This document shows, one piece after another, positions 36,103-49,461 of a DNA stretch of 64,000 nucleotides; position 1 is the first letter of the stretch, and every line of letters begins with the position of its first letter. A program made the position numbers and the translations under genes. The notes under the pieces were generated by a model. The model made no database searches. It was not told the origin of the DNA and worked only from the letters and a program-made list of their open reading frames with translations. The DNA is from Marsupella aquatica (lineage: Eukaryota > Plantae > Marchantiophyta), in NCBI GenBank assembly GCA_973895155.1, contig OZ316893.1, forward strand, positions 12,354,359 through 12,418,358, given 5' to 3'.

Positions 36103-38700
36103 TAAATCAACCCACTGTCCATACCTAGGAGGAGCACGTACAGTACGACCAGATGTTCTTCTAGCCGATGACTCTGGTTGAATTGCGTCTACTGGTACAA
36201 TTTGAAGCTCAGCAGCATCCATTTGCTGCTCACCAACATCAATAAACTCCTTTTTTTTCTCTGGCACAGGAACCAGCTCCATGCTTGGAGCACCTTCTTC
36301 TCTCCGATCATGCACTTCATGATCAATCTCCCCCTCAATGAGATTCGGGATAGGAGATTTTTCTTTGTCAGTACGGGAGACCTGAGTATTCTTCCTCTCC
36401 TTCAATAATCTGGATTCATTGAAAGAAACATCCCTACTAACAACGAGCTTACAGGCAATAGGATCCCATAACCTGTAGGCCTTCACACCACTCTGATACC
36501 CAAGAAAAATACATTTCTTGGACGTAGGATCCAACTTGGTCCTATTCTACTTTGGTGTGAGAGCATATGCATCACTTCCAAAAACTACCAAGCCATGATA
36601 GACTGCTTGCCGCTAATAACGCATTTCAAACGGCGTTTTGAAATTGACTGCACTAGAAGGAGAAAGATTTACCAAATAAGCTACAGTATTGACAGCTTCT
36701 GCCCAAAATTCCTGTGGTAAACTTGATTGGCTTAGCATACTCCGTGACCGCTCCAATAGTGTTCGATTGAGCCTCTCAGCTACACCATTCTGCTGTGGAG
36801 TATAAACTGAGGTGAGATGACGAGTTATCCCCTGTTCTGCACAGTACTCTTCAAATTCTATTGAAGTGTACTCCCCACCGTTGTCTGACCTTAGACTCTT
36901 CACCCTTGTATCCAAACACTTAACCGTGTTTCCTGTCTGATTCTCTACTTGGGCCTTCCACTTTGTAAAAATGGACAAGACATCAGACTTATGCGTCATG
37001 AAATAAATCCATACAAATCTTGAGTAATCGTCAATAAAGGATACATAGTATAATTTTCCAGAATGTGAGGGAGTCGGGGATGGTCCCCACACGTCACTAT
37101 GTATGTACTCAAGAACCATTTTGGAATGATGAGTTCCAACACCGAAAGCACGACGATGCTGCTTTCCAAAAATGCAATGCTCACAGAAATCCAATTTACA
37201 AGACTGCAAATCAGAAATGAGCCCATTCTTCTGCAAGATAGCCAAACCCTTCTCACTCATGTGGCCTAGCCGTGAATGCCACAGTTGAGTCATTTCCTCG
37301 TGAGACTTGGTCACATTGGCCTCTCCACATACTGTATTGCCCTGCAACACATACAAATTCTTCTGTCTGCGCCCCTTCAAAATCACTGTCTCTCTCGACA
37401 TGACTTGAAGTTCATCATCAATTACTCGCTATTGATGACCATTTGTATCCAACACACCGAGTGAAATCAAATTCTTACGCATGCCAGGTATGAACCTGAC
37501 TCCGGACACTATGCGCACAATGCCATCAAACATTTGAATCTTTACAAACCCAATACCCTCAACTTGACAGGAGTGATCATTTCCCATCAAAACTGAACCG
37601 TTTGACACAGAATAAGAATTAAAATACTCGCGAATGTAACAAATGTGAAAGGAGCAAGCACAATCAAGAATTCACACATCATTTGCTCTCCTAGATGATG
37701 TGCACAGGGCATACTCCTGACTTCATAAAACATACTCATCGTTGAGTAAATCAACTTCTCCATCAACACTAGCCACATTGGCTGATGAAGATTCAACTAC
37801 CTTACCCTTACAATCCCTCTTAATGTGGCCAGTCTTGCCACACTTCCAGCATACCACCGGCTTCCTCTCTTGGGACTTCCCCCTTGAAGCAAATCTTGTC
37901 CTAGATTTACTTCTTCCCCTGCCATTCGTGTGGTGCTCTGGATGCTTCTGTGACCTCCCACGATTCACATTCAAGGCAGCACCAGACGACGATGATGGCT
38001 GAGAGGGCATGGTCAATTTCTGCTGCAAGTCATCAGTCAACAGAGCACTTACAACTTCATTGTAAGTGATAGTCTTCCTGTCATGATGAAGCAGCACTCG
38101 TGACAATGACTGATACGACAAGGGTAAAGAGCTAAGCAAGTGAAGAGCCTGTCGCTCATCACTCAAATCCTCCCCCAGATTTTGCAAATCAACGACCAGG
38201 TCGTTGAAACCATCGATATGGTCCTGAATCTTTGCACTTCCCTCCTTCATCTTGAAGCTCATAAGCTTCAAAGATGTGTAGAGCCGATTCGATAGCTCAT
38301 TTTGATGGTACTTTTGCTCCAACGCGGCAAACAATGATGCACAATTGACATGGTCTACCAATTGCTTGATGACATTAGGCTGAAGATAGAGCATCACGGT
38401 GCTCATAGCCTACTCCTGCATGTCCTGCCAATCATCATTGTCGACATCATTTGGCTGGTCCTTCAGCAATTTCCCAAGCCCGGTCACACGAAGTACCCCC
38501 TTCACTTGTCGCTCCCACAATAAGTAGTCCGTGCGGCCATCGTATTTTGTAACCTCAAACTTGGGACCTCCAAGCTTGATTGTCCCCATCCTTTTTCTTG
38601 TCACTCGCCACAATACCGGTGACCACAATTCCGCTAGATCTTCTGCTTCCTCCTCTGTTCTCTCCGGTGACTCAATAGAACCCTCCTCCAAGTCACTCAT
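36103..38700 (-). pseudogene. Copia-2 gag-protease-integrase portion with multiple stops and frameshifts
   Basis: KFEVTKYDGRTDYLLW gag start, CWKCGKTGHIKRDC knuckle, LWHSRLGH, HSDVWGP, SDNGGEY, QNGVAERLN. Stops at 38410, 37723 and 36613. Confidence 0.92.
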
Positions 38701-39462
38701 GTGAGAAATCAAGAAAAAATGACTTTTTTCTTAACTTCTCAAAAAAACTCAAAGGTTATCACTGCCACGTAGCCCACGAGCCTAGTTTTCCAATGCTTGT
38801 CAACAACGAATGTTGATGAATTGCACTCGGTGCCGTCACCAAGTCCAACAAGGTAAATGATTTTTCTTAGCCTTCCTCTTCGCATCAAGAGCCAATCCCA
38901 GACTCAAAACAATTGTCTTGCCTCAATCTCTCTATTGAGTCAAAATACTTGACGTTTCTCTCTCCGAGTCGATTGCAACAACAAGAAACCCCGCTCAGGC
39001 AACAGAAAACTCCATAGCCGGTCAAAAAATCAGAATGCTTCTTTTGCTCGTTGTGACATACTCGTTACACACTCGGCAACAAACCAGCTACCGAAATGAT
39101 CAGCTCGTCCCGATCTATAAATGGAGCTATAACATGCGACGCTTCCTTCGCCGTAGAGCTCACACCGTCGAGAAAACAAACTCTGGTCCCTCCTCCGAAA
39201 AACCGTCGAACACAAATGTTGCCAACTTTCTTCACAAAATCCAGAACGACAAAAACTTAGATCTCTCCGTATCACGAGCTCCGTTCAGCGATTTCTTCAC
39301 ACCGTTAGAAAGCCCTTGCTCTGATTTATCCGTTGAGCCCATAAACTCTAAGTTCCATGCGATGGAACTCCGGAAAATCCACCGACACTCAATGCTGGAA
39401 AAAACCGTCACGAAATCCTGTCATGAACATATGTCACCTCCCAGGCATGCTCTGATACCAAT

Positions 39463-39901
39463 TGTTGAGTATAGACGATAATCACAACGGTAAGCACATG
39501 ACATATCCAACATGCAAGTAGTCGACACAAGAGATACATGGTTCACCTCCTTGAGGCTACGTCCATGGGAACACACAAGAGAGCTTTACTGAACTCTAAG
39601 CCCATCAGCTATACCGAGTCTCCACAGTGTAAGCTCTCCCTATCTCTCAAGTGGCTCCATAACAATGAGCCTTGGTTCTACCTCTCCAAGCACACGTGCC
39701 TCTTATGATATAGTGTGCAACTTAGTTAACCTAACCACATTGTTGTACCTAATCACGTAGTTGTACCTAACCACATTGTTGTACCTAATCACGTAGTTGT
39801 ACCTAACCACGTAGTTGTACCAAACCATGTTGTTGTACCAACCCACGTTGTTGTACCAACCACGTCATACCTAACCTAGACATAAGAGTAAATACCCAAC
39901 A
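39463..39901 (-). repeat. 5' LTR of Copia-2
   Basis: Matches 17502-17904 with 36 extra bp (two more 18-bp units); adjacent to the PBS. Confidence 0.95.
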
Positions 39902-39919
39902 GAATCTAGCCCCCGATCG

Positions 39920-41030
39920 AGCTCCCTCCTTGTTTGTGTAGTTCAATGTTCCAACCATTTTCAATGCGCTGCGTTCCCTTGGGTTTGGATGATCTTCCCT
40001 CAGCAGAAATGAGTCACACTCTAGCTTGTAGAGTTACTTTACACATAATACCCGCCCCTGGGGTCGGATGATCTTTGTGTGGCATAAATGCTCGGTTTGA
40101 GCTAATGGGTAAGTTTACGTGTTGCCCAACGGGGCGGGGTCGGGACCGGGTGGGGTTGGGACAGGGTTGGTTCTCGTGCCTTATGCTCGTGGGTCCTCTC
40201 CTTAGCGAATTCAAAACAGTGTAGGTCCGGAAGGTTTGGACGATCCTCTTCGCTTTGAAGTGTGAGGACGTCTCAGTCGAATGCCCAACAAATGACAGTG
40301 CTGGACCTTGAGGTGGCCACTTACAATTGATGCCTACTCATTGCGGTACTTACTGTAGTTGTTACTTAGATTTGCTTAAGGTCTGATCGGCGGCTGTACC
40401 GTAAACATGTATTATGGCCGTCCCGATTGCTTTTAAGGTAATAATTTGCCCTTTACTATAAGCGATTGAATTTTGGGGGTCACACACCTAGTCTGTAATT
40501 ATATACACTAGCTTCTAACCACCTAATCACTGGGGTTTAGGATGGGTGTTACTACCTCCCAAAACGCTGTTACTACCTCCAAAAATGTTGTCTTTTCCCA
40601 TACATAGTTTTTTACATCCTATGGATTAAAGGGAATTCACCTGTCCGGATGAGTTTTCCCTGGCAAGCTATGGCTGCTAGATCCTTCTTTAACTAATAAA
40701 AATATTTCATAGCCTCATAACTAAACTGGGGAGGGATAGGCAGATCCACAAAATTCATCCACTCGTTGGATACATCAATGAGGGAAGCATAATAGGGCTC
40801 CCTCCTTGTTTGTGTTTCTTAATGTTCCAACCATTTTCAATGTGGTGCATTCTCTTGGGTTCGGATGATCTTCCCTTGGCAAAAATGAATCACACTCCAG
40901 AGTTACTCCACACATAATAATTATTCACTTGGCCCTGGGGCCGGATGATCTTCTTGTGGCATAAATGTCCTGTTTGAGCGAAGGAGCAAGTTTACGTGTT
41001 GCCTAACAGGGCATGGTTGGGACCAGGTCT
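39920..41030. repeat. Mosaic repeat: diverged direct repeats (~39920-40170 and ~40797-41030) plus a copy (40487-40790) of 13829-14100
   Basis: GCTCCCTCCTTGTTTGTGT...AATGTTCCAACCATTTTCAATG occurs twice. CCTAGTCTGTAATTAT...GGATACATCAA..AGGGAAG is shared with the decayed ORF region. Confidence 0.8.
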
Positions 41031-41350
41031 GGTATTGGATAAGGGTAGATATATTCAAGATATGGGGGCAAGGTTGCTATGAGTTTTTTAGGACAAGAAA
41101 TGAGGGGCCAGGGGACCATATTTAATTGTATTTTGGTGTCACCTTCCAAAAATTTACTTGTTTGAGACAAGACAAAACTTCATATTCTTTGGACGCATCC
41201 TTGCATCTGTAGCCTACTACCTTGCATGTTCCCATGGGGGGAGGGGAGCAATGAAAATAGGGATATTAATTGTAACCACGTCCAAAAGGTGATATCTTTG
41301 ATAGCCATTCAAAAATAGTGTCCTCGAAACTCTAGTTTAAGAACTTTTCT

Positions 41351-41466
41351 AACAAAAAGTTCAAGAATATTGTCATGACAAAGAATCCAATAAAGCGTAA
41401 ACTTCAATAACAAAAAGTTCAAGAATATTGTCATGACAAAGAATCCAATAAAGCGTAAACTTCAAT
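41351..41466. repeat. 58-bp tandem duplication
   Basis: AACAAAAAGTTCAAGAATATTGTCATGACAAAGAATCCAATAAAGCGTAAACTTCAAT x2. Confidence 0.9.
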
Positions 41467-42291
41467 TTCATGGTGTTCAATTTTTTTAGATCTTCCCACA
41501 CTGTAGCAAACAAATCCACTGAAATTTTTTCTTCCAATCCAAATTCAGTAAAAATTATAATTCTGGTCAAATAGTACACGAACCATTTTATATTTGAGTA
41601 CCGAAATGCTATAAGTTATTTTTATCATTAGATTATGAATAATTCAACATGTAGGTGGGGAGAAATGGGAATTTTGATGTTAAGGTACTCATTTTCATAA
41701 ATCTATTATTGATTTGTCCCAAAGGTGTACAGTTCTTTCCTTGGTCTCGCCTCAATATTTGTACAATGTAAATACATCAAACCCCAGTATTTCAGATCTT
41801 CAGGAGTCTCTGAAAAGGGTTTGAGCTGAGCACATATCACTCGAACAGACTTTACAGTTCAAAATTCCGAAGTGTTGAGTGAAGTTTTGATTTATAATAT
41901 CTGATGTATTAGTGCTCATTGGAAATGGAACAAAGTAATAGATTAGACATTAGAGAACATGCTGGATAAATGTGTGATAAACCACAGATCTAGAAGTACT
42001 CCATATAAATTAGCAAAGACTATTACACTGTTTATTGCAATTAGTCTTGGTAATACTAATTGTGTATCCTAAATTTTTGAGGCTTAATTTTCAATTGACA
42101 TCACTAATTTCAATTATGGACAAGCACTAATAATGTACATATTAAATAATATTAGTGTAATACTAATTCCTGTTTTTGCATAGCACTATTTGGAGAGTAA
42201 AGGTAATACTAATTGGAGAGTAAAGATAAAAATGACATTGCTCTCTCATCTCAAACACCTAGGGAAGAGAGCCTGTCTCATGCATCCAAGA

Positions 42292-42566
42292 CTGTTTTTT
42301 TTAGTGGCGAAAATTCGCTAGATTCCACCTCCCCAAAAATCCTTTGCCACTTTTGGCTAAAATTCGCTACTTTTTTGCTGTCTCATTAGCCAGTGTTCCA
42401 CCTAATCCTAGGCCCCTTTAGCCAGAATCTAACGGTCTGCCTTAAATCTAGGGAGATCTGACGGTCAAGAACATAATTGAATACAGAATCTTTTGAGCAT
42501 CTTCTCCTTGACACACTTTACATTCGCCACCTTGGCGAAAAAGTGAAATCCTTAAAAAAAACACTG
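42292..42566. mobile_element. hAT-type MITE (~275 bp)
   Basis: 8-bp TSD ATCCAAGA (42284-42291 and 42567-42574). Termini C(--)TGTTTTTTT and AAAAAAAACACTG. Internal TGGCGAAAATTCGC/TTCGCCA motifs. Confidence 0.75.
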
Positions 42567-43194
42567 ATCCAAGATCACAAGAAAAGGAAAATTACCTCTA
42601 GGGAACAGAGTCTCAAGAGGGTTACACTACTTGTCAAACAATGTCTGCACAATCAAGCGTAGGACTAGACAAATTTGGATTGCTCTGATGTACAGTAGTT
42701 CAGGGAATTCCAACTCTAAATAGTATCAGCCTATAAAAATCCATCGCATTTAGTGTTATTTTCTATTCAAACCTGTCCCACTATTAAATTAAAATTATCA
42801 ACATTTATCTCAGACTTCATATAATTTTGAGATAAGACCAATTACAGTGAACAGTGTAATAGCATCTGACAATACTACTCGTAGAGTCTGACTGAAAAAC
42901 TTGCAGTATCTGACAAGACTACTCATAGAGGCCGATTGAAGTACTCATTGCATCTGATAAAAATAGTGGTGGTGCCCAAAACTTACTTTAGAGTAAGGTG
43001 GGCATCCAGTCAACGTGTGTGAGGATCAATTCCTGTTGTTGTTGACCAGTGAAGTTGCTCCCCTAATTAATTACTGAAAGGTTTTTATCCACATTTAGTG
43101 GATTGAGCCAAATAAAAATTGATTTCAGTGCATGTGAAGCTTGCATTGATTTTCAGAGTCCAAACTAGTTGCTCTAGACAAAGTGCCGGTCTAA

Positions 43195-43553
43195 GAGCAT
43201 CTCCACCAGTTTAGCGGCACGTGACCGCTATCGGCAAATTTTTCCAGGCGATTTGCGGGCCCCATAGTTTAGGGGCCAACTTTAAATTAAGGAATTCCCC
43301 ACCGGCACCCCCCAAACGATGGCAACGCGCGTAGCATTTTCCATCGTTGATTCATTTGGGTCTCGATTTGGAGGTTCCAGGCCCTGACCGCCAACGCGAC
43401 CAAATCTGGCGGTCGCAGTCAGCAACTTGAGGGGACACCGTAAATGAGATGGAGGTTGCGGGGTGGCGGTGGAGTGTGTATCCGGAAAACCAAGCCGCTA
43501 TTTCCCAGGAATGGAGGTTACGGGGCTGTTTGCAGGTCCAGGTGGAGATGCTC
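43195..43553. mobile_element. Tourist/PIF-Harbinger MITE (359 bp)
   Basis: Perfect 13-bp TIRs GAGCATCTCCACC and GGTGGAGATGCTC, flanked by a TAA TSD on both sides. Confidence 0.9.
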
Positions 43554-44330
43554 TAACCAGGCACTACTTTTGGAAAAGACTATCCTTCTGTTTCCATTCC
43601 ATTTTAGGTTTTAAAATTAAAACCAATGTAAACACTGAAAGTCAGTGTTTACATCAAAGTAATTTCACACACTCTAGAATATATGATCATTTTAAAATAT
43701 ATTGTCAGTGGGGTCCAAAAATTTAATAATAACATAATTTCTGCGCAAGTCGAGATGGTGCTATGGACTGCAATGTCAGTTGGAGGGCAAACCGTCAGGA
43801 GGGCAAAGAATGTTGTGGTGCTGGCGAAGTTTGCTGTGATAAGTAAAGTATTCCAGCGCTAGAGATCATCAAACTTTGGTGCCATATATTCTGCGAAACT
43901 ATCGTTGGGTTCTAATGTGAGAAGAGGAAGCGTTTGGATATGGTGAACCTTTCGGTGCCATCTACTACTATAGTACCCCATCCTCCAAAAAACATTCATT
44001 GTCTGATTCCAAAATTAAAAAAAGTGGGAACCAATACTAGCACTTCATCAAAATCTTGCTTTTCTGGCAGTGTCAGATCCATCCATACCCCTTTCAATCT
44101 CAACTGTCTTTGTCCGAGCTACCTTTAGCCTGCCCAAACCTGCCAAAGATTAAAAAAATAATTAATTAAAAATTAAATCAAAAAAATTCAATATTGAATA
44201 TTTAAAATTTTAAAAAACTTTGAGTACAAATCAAAATTTTAGAAATAATTATTTCTTTAAAAATTAAATATTAAAACATAAGAGAGACAAATGAAACAAA
44301 TTATATTCCCTCCTTTCATGCTGTTGTGTT

Positions 44331-44781
44331 TGGACTCTGCCACATGGTGCTCCCTTTCCTCGGTGCTCCCTTTCCTCACTTACATTAACTTGCCTCTCCT
44401 CCACATCTTTTCAACTACTCATTGACTCACCCCAATATCTTGCAACATGGTGTTCCCTTTCCTCACTTACATTAACTTGCCTCTCCTTCACATCTTTTCA
44501 ACTACTCATTGATTCACCCCAATATCTTTGCCTCATCTCAACATCTAAATCTTTTGGACTCTGCAACATGGTGCTCCCTTTCCTCACTTACATTAACTTG
44601 CCTCTCCTTCATATCTTTTCAACTACTCATTGACTCACCCCAATATCTTTGCCTCATCTCATCTAAATCTTTTGGACTCTGCAACATGGTGCTCCCTTTC
44701 CTCACTTACATTAACTTGCCTCTCCTTCATATCTCTTCAACTACTCATTGACTCACCTTTGCCTCATCTCAACATCTAAAT
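44331..44781. repeat. ~115-bp tandem repeat, about 4 imperfect copies
   Basis: CATGGTG(C/T)TCCCTTTCCTCACTTACATTAACTTGCCTCTCC...CAACTACTCATTGA(C/T)TCACC repeated. Confidence 0.9.
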
Positions 44782-45754
44782 CTGTCTTTAGACATTTTTT
44801 TTTCTTTGACCTTGTTCTTTCACCGTAACATGATTTGTACAGAGAAGGGGCGTTGAGCTAGTACTCTATAATAACTGCTGTGGCTGGGTTTTCACAGATG
44901 CCTTGATGCTTACATTATTATGAAGAGCCTTAAGAGTTTGCTTTGCTTACTTGTGATTCGCTTCCTTTGTCTGGAAATTGGCTTGCATATCCTCTTCCAG
45001 CACAATTCTGGAGCGAAGGTGAGTTCCAGAGAACCGTGGTGGGGGTTGGAGGAACCCAGTGTAGCTGCTCCTTGAATTCAGCTTAGAGAGAGAGTGTGAT
45101 GTGAAGGCCAACACTTCCACACAAAATCTGGGGAAGGCACTCGCACTTTTGAAGTTGAGAGCCTCAAAAACTCGTGGAAAATCCAGTGAGACATGGTATG
45201 GTGTTATGTACAAACAGCCACAGTCAGGCTTCTTAGGCTTCCATCTGCCTCTTGAGTTCTAGATTGGCCATCTACAAAAGTAGTATCGCTACTTGAAAAC
45301 TCCATGACGTGCTTACTTCTAGTGCATTGATTTGGCCCCAATTTTGGTTGGCGTTAACCCATCATGCAAATCTTTTGGACAGTCAAAATGCATTTCATTG
45401 GGACCCCTAATTGACTAGATTACAACAGAAGCCGAACCACTGCTGTACCAATAGCACAGAATAAATTTGACGGTACATTGCCCGTGATAATCGATGGAAT
45501 ATAATGAAATCAATTTGTTTCTCTTCAGTATTATCACTGGAAGGGTCGCATGTATGTTGTCCTTGCGCCAGCTATTGAGATATATGACTATGAATCTTGG
45601 TAACACCCCGTTCTCCCAGGGCTAAAACAATAATGTGAAAAAGAACGTCACATGTCTCTAGCTGCCAGGGGGCATATGTGGCAGATCAACTGTTCCATTT
45701 CAAATAATTGTATAATACATGTCATATTTACAGATATATACTTGAAGAAATTGA

Positions 45755-48700
45755 TCAAGAAGATTTTCCGCTGTCAGTCGACTTTGCCAAATAATACTGG
45801 TCTAATCTTTGTCTTGCATACTCCAAGAAGTCATAGTCTATATCCGAAGTTAATGCCTGCATTAAAACAACCAGAGTGATACATTAGTCAGTGAGGCACG
45901 ACTAGACAATACACATTAGGTAAGGGCCCTCCAATGTCAAGATAACTAGTGTAGCTTCGGAATGATGAGGTGCACCTTTCAGAACCTTCACTCAAGAGGA
46001 TTCCGAGAGTTTTAAATAATGAGGCTGTAGATAAGATACTCACGGAAATGAATCCCCACAACGCCCAGTGGATATGGCTAGCTTGGGTATATAAATCCAC
46101 ATCTTTCATCAAGGATTCAACATCAGACTGAGAAACTGGCTTGCCTGCAACCGTAGCAAAGAGAGGGGTCAGCAAGAACTAGCATGCCAAAAACCAAAAT
46201 ATAGCAGGTACGGCGTCTAATGTTGCTGGCCTAATAGTTGTAGTGTTGGCCTGTAACCGATCGAGGAACTGAAACCGCAATCTATTATACCAAAACAAAT
46301 AGTCCGGGCTCACTTTGCTGTCGCTATTATTGTCTTATGCGAAAAGATTTAACACGTTGCGACATTTTGGAAACTAGAAATGGCAATGGCCATTGCTGAA
46401 TCTGTGATTCTACAGCATGACGGATGGCATTGGGGACTAGTATCCGTTATCTGAATGGCACAGGACAAAAAATCCCGAAATAGTACACAAACCTTCCATG
46501 ACCAACAACCGGCACTTAAGAGTTTACCAGACAAAATGAAACCTATACCTGATGCTTCCAAGTAGGTGCGAACAAATCTTAAACGCTCCTTGTGGTCTGA
46601 GGCATCCCAAAACAAACAACTTATAAGAATCAATCCGAAGTAACACACAAAACTTATCATGGAACATTATTATTGAATAGGAAAAGCATCTGAACATAAA
46701 GACGGGACGAACTACTGATGTGAAAGACGATCCTCACCGGGATATTTGCTGTAGTCAAGCACATGAGGCGTATCTGTGTGATAATTGGCAGCCATTTCAC
46801 AGAAGTGGTTCGCAATATCAAGCGCCACGGGATTGAAGCTTGCGTACTCGTAATCCTGAACAGATACAAATCACATAGGTAATCTTACGTGATGATGCTG
46901 CTATATTGATTGAAAGATCTGCAGCTAAGACACGAAGTTGCATTCAAGTGGATTTGAAACAACCTCAAAACCACATTCAAACACATTCTAGAGTATGACA
47001 GCTTGCCACAAGGCAAAGTTGACCATACCATTGCAAGTATGTTAACTTGGAACCATAGAGAGTAAACGGTTAAGGTGATCAATGAACAAAGTTGGAGATT
47101 CTAAAAATTCTGCAATCCATGAGTACGTTTGAGAGGTGAGACATACAATTAAAGTGACGGTATTGTCATTCTCATCAATCATGATGTTTCCATATTGTAG
47201 GTCGTTATGACAATACCCCACGACCTCTCCTGAATGCCAGAGTCGTTTCTCCAACTCAGTTATTTCCTCTCGTAAGGAATTCAGCCGAAACCTTTCCTTC
47301 AGTTCTGGGCTAGCTAACTCCAATGTTTTCTGCAACCACGCACTTTGAAAAATAATGCGACCCAATTGAAGTTAACTTCGCCTTCACCATAGCTATAGCA
47401 GGTGTCACGTATATCCACCATCCAAAAGCTGGGATTTTGAAACAAAGAGCAACAAATGTGATACCAAGTATCCAGGTCCTACAAGAGTGCTGATGCCTCA
47501 TTTTACAGCAAAAAACAGCGGCGAGCAAGTCGTTTTGAAAGTTAAGAATGGTGCCCATAACATCCTTTCTCATTTAAATGCAGAAGCCATGGTCTCATCA
47601 ATGCAAATATATGTCCAACAATTCCTGCCCATTAAAAATTGAGGTTGAGCGAAGAATGCGCTCACAAACCTTAGGCGTTCCCATAACTTAGGCTCTGCTG
47701 GTCCAGGCATATCCAATTCATGGAACTGTCTCAATTTGACTGCAATTTTGTCTGATACCACGGGGTTTCTCAAGTCTTCAGCTGACAAGGTCTGCACGCG
47801 GGCCATTCGAGATGTCAGTAATCAACAACGACCGTGTCACATCCACGACAATCATAGCAAACCAAACGTTTCCAATAGACATTTCCGAGAATTATGTGTT
47901 GTTGCTCACAACCCATCGTGAGCTAACAGCCATCCCTGGCCCAACTCATCTGCGATCGGCTCACACGGGACAGCTCAATTCAGTCCATTTCATCTACCTA
48001 TTCTTGAAAGCGGGTCCAGAGGGTACTGAAAAAATCTCATACAAATCAGTACAAGATGCTTCCGACAACGAATTCCGCCAGCCACGCAATGCACTCACCG
48101 TACCCTAGCATTAAGAAACTCTTCGACGCGGCCGTTGGGAAATCGTGCGAGCAAGCGGGGTCCTTGTCCATGCTGGGACATTCTCTCAAATGTGAGCATT
48201 TCGTCTTCTCTACTGAAAAACAGCTCAGAGCTTTCTCCATAAACGCGCACGAGCACCTTTCGTGACCTCTGTCCTTCCTCCATCGGGGCCCATTTGCACT
48301 GAAACACCTGGTTGGTCATCGCACCCTTCAAAGGCTTCAAACGCAAGTTGCGATATCCTGTAATATCGGTCCATCTCTTCGCCAATCTGGGCGGAAACAA
48401 GGCCACAACTCAGTACTTCGCCACAGTCAGGCTTCATCGTGGGACGGGAAGTACGGATTTTGAAACCCCAATTATAGCTGTGGAAGGAATTGAGCACAAA
48501 CAAGAACCCAAGGCATGAGGCCTCAATGTCACACGGAGCCAATGTTGCCCAAACCCACACAGTTTCAATCTGCTCAGTTCTTTAAACCTAGACGGTGCGA
48601 GTCGACCCTTCACTCTCCTGAACACTAAAAACATCCAGGTTTCCCCTTTGGAAGCACTACAACGCTCCAGTTCCCTCCACTTGAAAAGCTTGGGCGTGGA

Positions 48701-49318
48701 GTACATGGACAGAAACGAAATCCCAATGTGACTGCCCAAGAAGGCAGGCACAACACTGACTCCTTCCTTGACAGCATGTGTCTGAAGAAGAAAGCTCCCA
48801 ACGGTCAGGTCTGAAGAAGAAAGCTGTACTTGGCTTGCTTGCTCATATCGAAACGAACGACATCCGACTTTCTAGATTGATAGACCAGACACACACGGTA
48901 CAGCAGATAGGCAAGCACGCAGGCAGGGATGGGCTGGAACTGACTTGTGCAAAACGGGATACGCTTCTGAGGGAACTCTCCATCCATTCGACTCTTCTTC
49001 GACCTGGAGATCACCGTCGGCACCACTTCCTGCTCATTATACCAAAACATCACACGAGTTCGTCAATTAGTACATCATCGTAGCCATACACGACAATCCT
49101 CGAACAGCGTTTTCTGCTCAACTTAGAGACACGCACCCACAGCCTACACATCAAGCTTAAAGCGAAAATTTCTGAGCAACCAGGCACGGACGAAGGCAAG
49201 CCAGGCAAGGCAAGGCAAGGCAAGGCAAGGGAAATCTACCAAACGTTGATGTCGAGGACGTGGCGGAATGCAGATTCACGTCGCTGCTGTTGTAGTGCAA
49301 CAATTCCATCGTCTCCAT
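45755..49318 (-). CDS. Choline/ethanolamine kinase (CEK family), 9 exons: 49318-49240, 49029-48945, 48386-48104, 47791-47670, 47342-47147, 46855-46738, 46596-46549, 46144-46044, 45856-45755; 377 aa
   Basis: Motifs [34 protein letters not shown], Brenner motif [35 protein letters not shown] and [11 protein letters not shown]. All introns are GT-AG and the exon lengths sum to 1134 nt in frame. Confidence 0.93.
49195..49230. repeat. (GGCAA)n microsatellite in kinase intron 1
   Basis: About 6 units next to the intron donor. Confidence 0.85.
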
Positions 49319-49435
49319 TCAGCCGGCAATCATTCACTGCAATCCTGATCGATTGAGCTCCCTCTCCAACCAACGCAAGAAAGAACCGTGAGCTCCACAA
49401 CACCGGACGCAAAACAATTTCACAACACACAGGAC

Positions 49436-49461
49436 CACCGCACCGCACCGCACCGCACCGC
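49436..49461. repeat. (CACCG)5 microsatellite upstream of the kinase ATG
   Basis: Direct reading. Confidence 0.85.

Larger units (their letters stand above)
17502..39901 (-). mobile_element. Ty1/Copia LTR retrotransposon (Copia-2, Tnt1/Tork-like) interrupted by a CACTA element
   Basis: LTRs at 17502-17904 (403 bp) and 39463-39901 (439 bp), with ~6 substitutions plus two extra 18-bp units. TSD GAATC (17497-17501 and 39902-39906). PBS TGGTATCAGAGC on minus (39449-39460). Confidence 0.96.

Noticed and set aside
44331-44781. CRISPR-like appearance of the tandem arrays here and at 50151-50470 and in the LTRs
   Set aside because: The units are contiguous and lack unique spacers, there are no cas genes, and the context is eukaryotic.
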